From the human T2T-CHM13v2.0 reference genome, Homo sapiens: 64,000 nt of DNA. The position numbers were made by a program, and so were the translations under genes. This document shows positions 28,866 to 42,728 of this stretch, piece by piece. Under the pieces are notes generated by a model. It ran no database searches. It saw only the letters and a list, made by a program, of their open reading frames with translations, and was not told the DNA's origin. Positions within the stretch are counted from its first letter, which is position 1, and the number at the start of each line of letters is the position of its first letter. The DNA lies in assembly GCF_009914755.1 (NCBI RefSeq), contig NC_060933.1; one strand, given 5' to 3'.

Positions 28866-31800
28866 TGGAATGGAATGGAATGGAATGGAATGGAATGGAA
28901 TAAACCAGAGTGCAATGGAATGGAGTGGAATGGAATGGAATGGAATGGAACAACCCGAATGGAATGGAATGGAATGGAGAGTAAGGGAGTTGAATAGAAT
29001 CAATCCGAATGTAATGGAATGGAATGGAACGGAATGCAGTTGAATGGAATGGAATGGAATGCAATGGAATGGAATCAACCCGAGTGCAATGGAATGGAGA
29101 GGAATGGAATGGAATGGAATGGAAACTACACGAATGGAATGGAATGTAATTGAGTGTAAGGGAATTGAATAGAATCAATCCGAATGTAATGGAATGGAAT
29201 GGAACGGAATGGAATGGAATGGAATGGAATGGAATGGAATGGAATGGAATGGAATGCAATGGAATGGAATCAACCCGAGTGCAATCGAATGGAATCGAAT
29301 GGAATGGAATGCAATGGAATGGATTCAACTTGAATGGAATGGAAAGAATGGAATCAACACGAGTGGAATGGCATGGATTGGAATGGAATGGAATGGAATC
29401 AACCCGAGTACAGGGGAATGGAATGGAATGGAATGCAATGGAATGGAATCATCCGTAATGGAATGGAAAGGAATGGAATGGAATGGAATCAACTCGATTG
29501 CAATCGAATGGAATGGAATGGAATTAACCCGAATAGAATGGAATGGAATGGAATGGAACGGAACGGAATGGAATGGAATGGAATGGAATGGAATGGAATG
29601 GAATGGAACGGAAAGGAATGGAATGGAATGGAATGGAATGGAATGGAATGGAATGGAATCAAAGCGAGTGCAGGGTAATGGAATGGAATGGAATGCAATG
29701 GAATGGAATCTTCCGGAATGGAATGGAATGGAATGAAATGCAATGGATTCAACTCGATTGCAATGGAATGGAATAGAATGGAATGGAATGGAATGGAATG
29801 GAATGGAATGGAATTAACCCGAATAGAATGGAATGGAATGGAAGGGAACGGAATGGAACCGAATGGAATGGAATGGAAAGGTATGGAATGGAATGGAATG
29901 GTACGGAATAGAATGGAATAGAACGAATTGTAATGGAATGGAATTGAATGGAATGGAATGGAATGGAATGGAATCAACGCAAGTGCAGGGGAATGTAATG
30001 GAACGGAATGCAATGGAATGGAATCATCCGGAATGGAATGGAATGGAATGGAATGGAATCAACCCGAGTGCAATGGAATGGACTGGAATGGAATGGAATG
30101 GAATGGAACAACCCGAATGGAATGGAATGTAATGGAGAGTAAGGGAGTTGAATAGAATCAATCCGAATGGAATGGAATTGAATGGAATGGAATGGAATGC
30201 AATGGAATGGAATCAACCCGAGTACAATGGAATGGAATGGAATGGAATGGAAAGGACTGGAATGGAATGGAATGGAATGGAATGGAATGGAATGGAATCA
30301 ACTCGATTGTAATGGAATGGAATGGAATGGAATGGAATGGAATGGAATGGAATGGAATTAACCCGAAAACAATGGAATGGAATGGAATGGAACGGAATGG
30401 AGTGGAATGGAATGGAATCAACCCGAGTGCAGGGGAATGGAATGGAATGGAATGCAATGGAATGGAATCATCCGGAATGGAATGGAATGGAGTGGAATGC
30501 AAAGCAATGGAATCAACTCGATTGCAATGGAATGGAATGGAATGGAAAGGAATACATTGGAATCAACACGAGTGGAATGGAATGGAAAGGACTGGAATGG
30601 AATGGAATGGAATGGAATGGAATGGAATCAACTCGATTGGAATGGAATGGAATGGAATGGAATGGAATGGAATGGAATTAACCCGAATAGAATGGAATGG
30701 AATGGAATGGAACGGAACGGAACAGAATGGAATGGAATGGAATGGAATGGAATGGAATGGAATCAACCCGACTGCAGGGGAATGGAATGGAATGGAATGC
30801 AATGGAATGCATTCAACTTGAATGGAATGGAAAGAATGGAATCAACACGAGTGGAATGGCATGGATTGGAATGGAATGGAATGGAATCAACCCGAGTAGA
30901 AGGGAATGGAATGGAATGGAATGAAATGGAATGGAATCATCCCTAATGGAATGGAAAGGAATGGAATGAAATGGAATTAACCCGAATAGAATGGAATGGA
31001 ATGGAATGGAACAGAATGGAACGGAAAGGAATGGAATGGAATGGAATGGAATGGAATGGTATGGAATGGAATGGAATGGTACGGAATAGAATGGAATGGA
31101 ACGAATTGTAATGGAATGGAATTGAATGGAATGGAATGGAATGGAATGGAATCAACGCGAGTGCAGGGGAATGTAATGGAACGGAATGCAATGGAATGGA
31201 ATCATCCGGAATGGAATGGAATGGAATGGAATGGAATGGAATGGAATGGAATCAACCCGTGTGCAATGGAATGGAGTGGAATGGAATGGAATGGAATGGA
31301 ACAACCCGAATGGAATGGAATGTAATGGAGAGTAAGGGAGTTGAATAGAATCAATCCGAATGTAATGGAATGGAATGCAACGGAATGGAATGCAATGGAA
31401 TGGAATGGAGTGCAATGGAATGGAATCAACCCGAGTACAATGGAATGGAATGGAATGGAATGGAATGGAATGGAATGAAATGGAATGATACGGAATAGAA
31501 TGGAATGGAACGAAATGGAATGGAATGGAATGGAATGGAATGGAATGGAATGGAATGGAATCGTTCCGAGTGGAATAGGAGGGAACGTATTCGAGTGGAA
31601 TGGAAAGGAATGGAATCAACCAGAGTGGAATGGAAGGGAATGGAATGGAATGGAAATTAATAGAATGGAATCAACCCGAGTGGAATGGAATGGAAAGGAC
31701 TGGAATGGAATGGAATGGAATGGAATGGAATGGAATGGAATCAACTCGATTGTAATGGAATGGAATGGAATGGAATGGAATGGAATGGAATGGAATGGAA

Positions 31801-34800
31801 TGGAATTAACCCGAATACAATGGAATGGAATGGAATGGAACGGAATGGAGTGGAATGGAATGGAATCAACCCGAGTGCAGGGGAATGGATTGGAATGGAA
31901 TGCAATGGAATGGAATCATCCGGAATGGAATGGAATGGAATGGAATGCAAAGCAATGGAATCAACTCGATTGCAATGGAATGGAATGGAATGGAAAGGAA
32001 TAGAATGGAATCAACCCGAGTGTAATGGAATGGAAAGGACTGGAATGGAGTGGAATGGAATGGAATGGAATGGAATGGAATCAAATCGATTGGAATGGAA
32101 TGGAATGGAATGGAATGGAATGGAATTAACCCGAATAGAATGGAATGGAATGGAATGGAATCAACTCGATTGCAATGGAATGGAATGGAATGGAATGGAA
32201 TCGAATGGAATGGAATGGAATTAACCGGAATAGAATGGAATGGAATGGAATGGAACGGAATGGAATGGAATGGAATGGAATGGAATGGAATGGAATGGAA
32301 TGGAATGGAATGGAATCAACCCGAGTGCAGGGGAATGGAATCGAATGGAATGCAATGGAATGGAATCATCCGGAATGGAATGGAATGGAATGGAATGCAA
32401 TCAACCTGATGTAATGGAATGGAGTGGAATGGAATGGAATGGAATTAACCCGAATAGAATGGAATGGAATTTAATAGAACGGAATGGAATGGAATGGAAT
32501 GGAATGGAATGGAATGGAATGGAATCAACCCGACTGCAGGGGAATGGAATGGAATGGAATGCAATGGAATGGAATCATCAGGAACGGAATGGAATGGAAT
32601 GGAATGCAATCAACTCGATTGCAATGGAATGGAATGTAATGGAATGCAAACGAATGGAATGGAATGGAATTAACCCGAATAGAAAGGAATGGAATGGAAT
32701 GGAAAGGAATGGAAGGGAATGGAATGGAATGTAATGAACCCGATTGTAGGGGAATGGAATAGAATGGAATGCAATGGAATGGAATCATCCGGAATGGAAT
32801 GGAATGGAATGGAATGCAATCAACCTGATGCAATGGAATGGAGTGGAATGGAATGGAATGGAATGGAAACATCCCGAATGGAATGGAATGTAATGGAGTG
32901 AAAGGGAATTGAATAGAATCAATCCGAATGTAATGGAATGGAATGGGATGAAATAGAATGGAATGGAATGGAATGGAATCAACCCGAGTGCAATGGAATG
33001 GATTCGAATGGAATGGAGTGGAATAGAATGGATTCAACAAGAATGGAATGGAAAGGAATGGAATCAACCCGAGTGTAATGGCATGGAATGGAACGGAATG
33101 GAATGGGAAAGAATGGAATGGTACTGATTAGAATGGAATGCAATGAAATGGAATGGAATGGAATGGAATGGAATGGAATGGAATGGAATTGAATGGAATG
33201 AACCCGTGTGCAATGGAATCGATTGGAATGGAATGGAATGGATTCAACTCGAATGGAATCAGCTCAATTACAATGGAATGGAATGGAATGGAAAGGAATA
33301 GAATGGAATCAACCCGAATGGAATGGAATGGAAAGGACTGGAATGGAGTGGAATGGAATGGAATGGAATTAACACGAATAGAATGGAATGGAACGGAATG
33401 GAACGGAATGTAATGGAATGGAATGGAACGGAATCAATCCGAGTGCAGGGGAATGGAATGGAATGGAATGCAATGGAATGGAATGATCCGGAATGGAATC
33501 AACTCGATTGCAATGGAATGGAATGGAATTGAATTAACCCGAATAGAATGGAATGGAATGGAATGGAACGGAACGGAATGGAATGGAATGGAATGGAATG
33601 GAATGGAATGGAATGGAACGAAAAGGAATGGAATCAACCCGAGTGGAAAGGACTGGAATGGAGTGGAATGGAATGGAATGGAATGGAATGGAATCAACTC
33701 GATTGGAATGGAATGGAATGCAATGGAATGGAATTAACCCGAATAGAATGGAATGGAATGGAATGGAACGGAATGGAATGGAATGGAATAGAATGGAATC
33801 AACCCGACTGCAGGGGAATGGAATGGAATGGAATGGAATGCAAAGGAATGGATTCAACTTGAATGGAATGGAAAGAATGGAATAAACAAGAGTGGAATGG
33901 CATGGATTGGAATGGAATGGAATGGAATCAACCCGAGTACAGGAAAATGGAATGGAATGGAATGCAATGGAATGGAATCATCCGTAATGGAATGGAAAGG
34001 AAAGGAATGGAATGGAATGGAATGGAATGGAATCAACTCGATTGCAATGGAATGGAACGGAATTGAATTAATCCGAATAGAATGGAATGGAATGGAATGG
34101 AACGGAACGGAATGGAATGGAATGGAATGAAAAGGAATGGAATGGAATGGAACGGAATGGAATGGAATGGAATGGAATGGAATGGAATGGAATGGAATCA
34201 ACGGGAGTGAAGGGGAATGGAATGGAATGGAATGCAATGGAATGGAATCTTCCGGAATGGAATGGAAAGGAATGGAATGGAATGGAATGGAATCAACTCG
34301 ATTGCAATCGAATGGAATGGAAAGGAATTAACCCGAATAGAATGGAATGGAATGGAAAGGAACGGAACGGAATGGAATGGAATGGAATGGAATGGAATGG
34401 AACGGAACGGAATGGAATGGAATGGAATGGAATGGAATGGAATGGAATCAACGCGAGTGCAGGGGAATGGAATGGAATGCAATGGAATGGAATCTTCTGG
34501 AATGGAATGGAATGGAATGGAATGGAATGAAATGCAATGGATTCAACTCGATTGCAATGGAATGGAATAGAATGGAATGGAATGGAATGGAATGGAATTA
34601 ATCCGAATAGAGTGGAATGGAATGGAATGGAACGGAATGGAACGGAATGGAATGGAATGGAATGGTATGGAATGGAATGGAATGGTACAGAATAGAATGG
34701 AATGGAACGAATTGTAATCGAATGGAATTGAATAGAATGGAATGGAATGGAATCAACGCGAGTGCAGGGGAATGTAATGGAACGGAATGCAATGGAATGG

Positions 34801-36059
34801 AATCATCCGGAATGGAATGGAATGGAATGGAATGGAATGCAATGGAATGCAATGGAATGGAATGGAATGGAATGGAATCAACGTGAGTGCAGGGGAATGG
34901 ATTGGATTGGAATGCAATGGAATGGAATCTTCCGGAATGGAATGGAATGGAATGGAATGGAATGGAATGGAATGGAATGGAATAAATCCGAGTGCAATGG
35001 AATGGAGTGGAATGGAATGGAATGGAATGGAACAACCCGAATGGAATGGAATGTAATGGAGAGTAAGGGAGTTGAATAGAATCAATCCGAATGTAATGGA
35101 ATGGAATGCAACGGAATGGAATGGAATGGAATGGAATGGAATGCCATGGAATGGAATCAACCCGAGTACAATGGAATGGAATGGAATGGAATGGAATGGA
35201 ATGGAATGGAATGGAATGATACGGAATAGAATGGAATGGAACGAAATGGAATGGAATGGAATGGAATGGAATGGAATGGAATGGAATGGAATCGTTCCGA
35301 GTGGAATACGAGGGAATGTATTCGAGTGGAATGGAAAGGGATGGAATCAACCAGAGTGGAATGGAAGGGAATGGAATGGAATGGAAACTAATAGAATGGA
35401 ATCAACCCGAGTGGAATGGAATGGAAAGGACTGGAATGGAATGGAATGGAATGGAATCAACTCGATTGTAGTGGAATGGAATGGAATGGAATGGAATGGA
35501 ATTAACCCGAATACAATGGAATGGAATGGAATGGAACGGAATGGAGTGGAATGGAATGGAATCAACCCGAGTGCAGGGGAATGGAATGGAATGGAATGCA
35601 ATGGAATGGAATCATCCGGAATGGAATGGAATGGAATGGAATGCAAAGCAATGGAATCAACTCGATTGCAATGGAATGGAATGGAATGGAAAGGAATACA
35701 TTGGAATCAACCCGATTGGAATGGAATGGAAAGCACTGGAATGGAGTGGAATGGAATGGAATGGAATGGCATGGAATCAACTCGATTGGAATGGAATGGA
35801 ATGGAATGGAATGGAATGGAATGGAATGGAATCAACTCGATTGCAATCGAATGGAATGGAATGGAATTAACCCGAATAGAATGGAATGGAATGGAATGGA
35901 ACGGAACGGAATGGAATGGAATGGAATGGAATGGAACGGAAAGGAAGGGAATGGAATGGAATAGAATGGAATGGAATGGAATCAACGCGAGTGCAGGGGA
36001 ATGGAATGGAATGGAATGCAATGGAATGGAATCTTCCGGAATGGAATGGAATGGAATGG

Positions 36060-36600
36060 AATGCAATGGAATGGAATCAACCCGAGTGCAATGGAATGGA
36101 GTGGAATGGAATGGAATGGAATGGAACAACCCGAATGGAATGGAATGTAATGGAGAGTAAGGGAGTTGAATAGAATCAATCCGAATGTAATGGAATGGAA
36201 TGGAACGGAATGGAATTGAATGGAATGGAATGGAATGCAATGGAATGGAATCAACCCGAGTGCAATGGAATGGAGAGGAATGGAATGGAATGGAATGCAA
36301 CAACCGGAATGGAATGGAATGTAATGGAGAGTAAGGGAGTTGAATAGAATCAATCCGAATGTAATGGAATGGAATGGAACGGAATGGAATTGAAAGGAAT
36401 GGAATGGAATGCAATGGAATGGAATCAACCCGAGTGCAATGGAATGGAGAGGAATGGAATGGAATGGAATGGAAACTACCCGAATGGAATGGAATGTAAT
36501 GGAGTGTAAGGGAATTGAATAGAATCAATCCGAATGTAATGGAATGGAATGGAACGGAATGGAATGGAATGGAATGGAATGGAATGGAATGGAATGGAAT
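36060..36600 (+). repeat. Three tandem ~175-bp subunits
   Basis: GAG(A/T)GTAAGGGA(G/A)TTGAATAGAATCAATCCG at 36153, 36327 and 36502. Confidence 0.85.
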
Positions 36601-39600
36601 GCAATGGAATGGAATCAACCCGAGTGCAATCGAAAGGAATCGAATGGAATGGAATGCAATGGAATGGATTCAACTTGAATGCAATGGAAAGAATGGAATC
36701 AACACGAGTGGAATGGCATGGATTGGAATGGAATGGAATGGAATCAACCCGAGTACAGGGGAATGGAATGGAATGGAATGCAATGGAATGGAATCATCCG
36801 TAATGGAATGGAAAGGAATTGAATGGAATGGAATGGATTGGAATGGAATGGAATGGAATCAACTCGATTGCAATCGAATGGAATGGAATGGAATTAACCC
36901 GAATAGAATGGAATGGAATGGAATGGGACGGAACGGAATGGAATGGAATGGAATGGAATGGAATGGAATGGAACGGAACGGAATGGAATGGAATGGAATG
37001 GAATGGAATCAATGCGAGTGCAGGGGAATGGAATGGAATGGAATGCAATGGAATGGAATCTTCCGGAATGGAATGGAATGGAATGGAATGGAACGAAATG
37101 CAATGGATTCAACTAGATTGCAATGGAATGGAATAGAATGGAATAGAATGGAATGGAATGGAATTAATCCGAAAAGAATGGAATAGAATGGAATGGAACG
37201 GAATGGAACGGAATGGAATGGAATGGAATGGAATGGTATGGAATGGAATGGAATGGTACGGAAAAGAATGGAATGGAACGAATTGTAATGGAATGGAATT
37301 GAATGGAATGGAATGGAATGGAATGGAATCAACACGAGTGCAGGGGAATGTAATGGAACGGAATGCAATGGAATGGAATCATCCGGAATGGAATGGAATG
37401 GAATGGAATGGAATGGAAAGGAATCAACCCGAATGCAATGGAATGGAGTGGAATGGAATGGAATGGAATGGAACAACCCGAATGGAATGGAATGTAATGG
37501 AGAGTAAGGGAGTTGAATAGAATCAATCCAAATGTAATGGAATGGAATGCAACGGAATGGAATGGAATGGAATGGAATGGAATGGAATGGAATGCAATGG
37601 AATTGAATCAACCCGAGTACAATGGAATGGAATGGAATGGAATGGAATGGAATGGAATGGAATGGCATGGATTGGAATGGAATGGAATGATACGGAATAG
37701 AATGGAATGGAACGAAATGAAATGGAATGGAATGGAATGGAATGGAATGGGATTAACCCGAATACAATGGAATGGATTGGAATTGAACGGAATGGAGTGG
37801 AATGGAATGGAATCAACCCGAGTGCAGGGGAATGGAACGGAATGGAATGCAATGGAATGGAATCATCCGGAATGGAATGGAATGGAATGGAATGCAAAGC
37901 AAAGAAATCAACTCGATTGCAATGGAATAGAATGGAATGGAAAGGAATACATTGGAAACAACCCGAGTGGAATGGAATGGAAAGGACTGGAATGGAGTGC
38001 AATGGAATGGAATGGAATGGAATGGAATGGAATCAACTCGATTGGAATGGAATGGAATGGAATGGAATGGAATTAACCCGAATAGAATGGAATGGAATGG
38101 AACGGAACGGAATGGAATGGAATGGAAAGGAATGGAATGGAATGGAATCAACCCGACTGCAGGGGAATGGAATGGAATGGAATGCAATGGAATGGATTCA
38201 ACTTGAATGGAATGGAAAGAATGGAATCAACACGAGTGGAATGGCATGGATTGGAATGGAATGGAATGGAATCAACCCGAGTACAGGGGAATGGAATGGA
38301 ATGGAATGCAATGGAATGGAATCATCCGTAATGGAATGGAAAGGAATGGAATGCAATGGAATGGAATGGAATAGAATGGATTGGAATCAACTCGATTGCA
38401 ATCGAATGGAAAGGAATGGAATTAACCCGAATAGAATGGAATGGAATGGAATGGAACGGAACGGAACGGAATGGAATGGATTGGAATGGAATGGAATGGA
38501 ATGGAATGGAACGGAAAGGAATGGAATGGAATGGAATGGAATGGAATGGAATGGAATGGAAGGGAATGGAATCAACGCGAGTGCAGGGGAATGGAAAGGA
38601 ATGGAATGCAATGGAATGGAATCTTCCGGAATGGAATGGAATGGAATGGAATGGAATGGAATGGAATGGAATGGAATAAACCCGAGTGCAATGGAATGGA
38701 GTGGAATGGAATGGAATGGAATGGAACAACCCGAATGGAATGGAATGTAATGGAGAGTAAGGGAGTTGAATAGAATCAATCCGAATGTAATGGAATGGAA
38801 TGGAACGGAATGGAATTGAATGGAATGGAATGGAATGCAATGGAATGGAATCAACCCGAGAGCAATGGAATGGAGAGGAATGGAATGGAATGGAATGGAA
38901 ACTACCCGAATTTAATGGAATGTAATGGAGTGTAAGGGAATTGAATAGAATCAATCCGAATGTAATGGAATGGAATGGAACGGAATGGAATGGAATGGAA
39001 TGGAATGGAATGGAATGAAATGCAATGGAATGGAATCAACCCGAGTGCAATCGAATGGAATCGAATGGAATGGAATGCAATGGAATGGATTCAAATTGAA
39101 TGGAATGGAATGCAATGGAATGGATTCAACTTGAATGGAATGGAAAGAATGGAATCAACACGAGTGGAATGGCATGGATTGGAATGGAATGGAATGGAAT
39201 CAACCCGAGTACAGGGGAATGAAATGGAATGGAATGCAATGGAATGGAATCATCCGTAATGGAATGGAAAGGAATGGAATGGAATGGAATGGAATGGAAT
39301 GGAATGGAATGGAATGGAATCAACTCGATTGCAATCGAATGGAATGGAATGGAATTAACCCGAATAGAATGGAATGGAATGGAATGGAACAGAACGGAAT
39401 GGAATGGAATGGAACGGAACGGAATGGAATGGAATGGAATGGAATGGAATGGAATCAACGCGAGTGCAGGGGAATGGAATGGAATGGAATGCAATGGAAT
39501 GGAATCTTCTGGAATGGAATGGAATGGAATGGAAAGGAATGAAATGCAATGGATTCAACTCGATTGCAATGGAATGGAATAGAATGGAATGGAACGGAAT

Positions 39601-42313
39601 GGAATGGAATTAATCCGAATAGAATGGAATGGAATGGAATGGAATGGAAAGGAATGGAACGGAATGGAATGGAATGGAATGGAATGGAATGGTATGGAAT
39701 GGAATGGAATGGAATGGTACGGATTAGAATGGAATGGAACGAATTGTAATGGAATGGAATTGAATGGAATGGAATGGAATGGAATGGAATCAACGCGAGT
39801 GCAAGGGAATGTAATGGAACGGAATGCAATGGAATGGAATCATCCGGAATGGAATGGAATGGAATGGAATGGAATGGAATGGAATAGAATGGAATGCAAT
39901 CAACCCGAGTGCAATGGAATGGAGTGGAATAGAATGGAATGGAATGGAATGGAACAACCCGAATGGAGTGGAATGTAATGGAGAGTAAGGGAGTTGCATA
40001 AAATCAATCCGAATGTAATGGAATGGAATGCAACAGAATGGAATGGAATGGAATGGAATGGAATGGAATGCAATGGAATTGAATCAACCCGAGTACAATG
40101 GAATGGAATGGAATGGAATGGAATGGAATGGAATGGAATGGAATGGAATGGAATGATACGGAATAGAATGGAATGGAACGAAATGGAATGGAATGGAATG
40201 GAATGGAATGGAATGGAATTGAATCGTTCCGAGTGGAATAGGAGGGAATGTATTCGAGTGGAATGGAAAGGAATGGTATCAACCAGAGTGGAATGGAAGG
40301 GAAGGGAATGGAATGGAAACTAATAGAATGGAATCAACCCGAGTGGAATGGAATGGAAAGGACTGGAATGGAATGGAAAGGAATGGAATCAACTCGATTG
40401 TAATGGAATGGAATGGAATGCAATGGAATGGAATGGAATGGAATTAACCCGAATACAATGGAATGGAATGGAATGGAACGGAATGGAGTAGAATGGAATG
40501 GAATCAACCCGAGTGCAGGGGAATGGAACGGAATGGAATGCAATGGAATGGAATCATCCGGAATGGAATGGAATGGAATGGAATGCAAAGCAATGGAATC
40601 AACTCGATTGCAATGGAATGGAATGGAATGGAAAGGAATACATTCGAATCAACCCGAGTGGAATGGAATGGAAAGGACTGGAATGGTGTGGAATGGAATG
40701 GAATGGAATGGAATGGAATGGAATCAACTCGATTGGAATGGAATGGAATGGAATGGAATGGAATTAACGCGAATAGAATGGAATGGAATGGAATGGAACG
40801 GAAGGTAATGGAATGGGATGGAATGGAATGGAATGGAATGGAATCAACCCGACTCCAGGGGAATGGAATGGAATGGAAGGCAATGGAATGGATTCAACTT
40901 GAATGGAATGGAAAGAATGGAATCAACACGAGTGGAATGGCATGGATTGGAATGGAATGGAATGGAATCAACCCGAGTACAGGGGAATGGAATGGAATGG
41001 AATGCAATGGAATGGAATCATCCGTAATGGAATGGAAAGGAATGGAATGGAATGGAATGGAATGGAATGGAATGGAATGGAATGGAATCAACTCGATTGC
41101 AATCGAATGGAATGGAATGGAATTAACCCGAATAGAATGGAATGGAATGGAATGGTACGGAACGGAACGGAACGGAACGGAACGGAACGGAGTGGAATGG
41201 AATGGAATGGAATTGTATGGAATGGAATGGCATGGTACGGAATAGAATGGAATGGAAAGAATTGGAATGGAATGGAATCGAATGGAACGGAATGCAATGG
41301 AATTGAATCATCCGGAATGGAATGGAATGGAATGGAATGGAATGGAATGGAATGGAATGGAATGGAATCAACCAGAGTGCAATGGAAAGGAGTGGAATGG
41401 AATGGAATGGAATGGAACAACCCGAATGGAATGGAATGTAATGGAGAGTAAGGGAGTTGAATAGAATCAATCCGAATGTAATGGAATGGAACGGAATGGA
41501 ATGGAATGGAATGGAATGGAATGGAATGGAATGGAACGCAATGGAATGGAATCAACCCGAGTACAATGGAACGGAATGGAATGGAATGTAATGGAATGGA
41601 ATGGAATGGAATGGAATGGAATGGATTCAACCCGAGTGCAATGGAATGGAGAGGAATGGAATGGAATGGAATGGAAACTACCGGAATGGAATGGAATATA
41701 ATGGAGTGTAAGGGAATTGAATAGAATCAATCCGAATGGAATGGAATGGAATGGAATGGAATGGAATGGAATGGAATGGAATCAACACGAGTGCAGGGGA
41801 ATGGAATGGAATGGAATGCAATGGAATGGAATCATCCGGAATGGAACGGAATGGAATGGAATGGAATCAACCCGAGTGCAAAGTAATGGAGTGAAATGGA
41901 ATGGAATGGAATGGAATGGAATGGAATGCAATGGAATGGAATCAACCCGAGTGCATTCCATTGCATTCTGGTTGTTTCCATTCCATTCCATTCCATTTCA
42001 GTCCATTCCATTGCAGTCAGGTTGATTCCATTCCATTCCATTCCATTGCATTCCATTCCATTCCATTCCGGATGATTCCATTCCATTGCATTCCATTCCA
42101 TTCCATTCCCCTGCACTCGGGTTGATTCCATTCCATTCCATTCCATTACATTCCGTTCCATTCCATTACATTCCTTTCGGATTGATTCTATTCAATTCCC
42201 TTACACTCCATTACATTCCATTCCATTCGGGTAGTTTCCATTCCATTCCATTCCATTCCTCTCCATTCCATTGCACTCGGGTTGATTCCATTCCATTCCA
42301 TTCCATTCCATTC

Positions 42314-42348
42314 CATTACATTACATTACATTACATTACATTACATTA
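42314..42348 (+). repeat. (CATTA)7 variant-pentamer run
   Basis: Directly visible cattacattacatta... tract, the only long run of this variant seen in the window. Confidence 0.92.
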
Positions 42349-42688
42349 CATTCCGTTCCATTGTACTCGGGTTGATTCCATTCCATTGCTTTCCATTCCA
42401 TTCCATTCCATTCCATTCCTTTCCATTCCATTTCACTCCATTCCATTGTACTCGGGTTGATTCCATTCCATTCCATTCCATTGCATTCCATTCCATTCCA
42501 TTCCGGATGATTCCATTCCCTTGCATTCCGTTCCATTACATTCCCCTGCACTCGGGTTAATTCCATTCCATTCCATTCCATTCCATTCGATTCCATTCCA
42601 TTCCAATTCTTTCCATTACATTCTATTCCATACCATTCCATTCCATTCCATACAATTCCATTCCATTCCATTCCATTCCATTCCATTC

Positions 42689-42728
42689 CGTTCCGTTCCG
42701 TTCCGTTCCGTTCCGTTCCGTTCCGTTC
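42689..42728 (+). repeat. (CGTTC)8 CpG-containing variant-pentamer run
   Basis: Directly visible. Related runs lie at ~9160-9189, ~41161-41190 (as AACGG) and ~61459-61493. Confidence 0.92.

Larger units (their letters stand above)
12727..41955 (+). repeat. HSat3 domain 2, inverted orientation (GGAAT on + strand), ~29.2 kb
   Basis: Starts gtgtgcaatggaatggaat at 12727 and ends ...atcaacccgagtgca at 41955. All modules appear as reverse complements (CAACCCGAGT, CAACTCGATTG, AATCATCCGG). Confidence 0.97.

Noticed and set aside
12727-41955. Inverted domain as a transposon or recombinase-driven invertible element
   Set aside because: No terminal inverted repeats, target-site duplication or enzyme gene. 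The junctions share only a 4-bp TGCA that is very common in the array.
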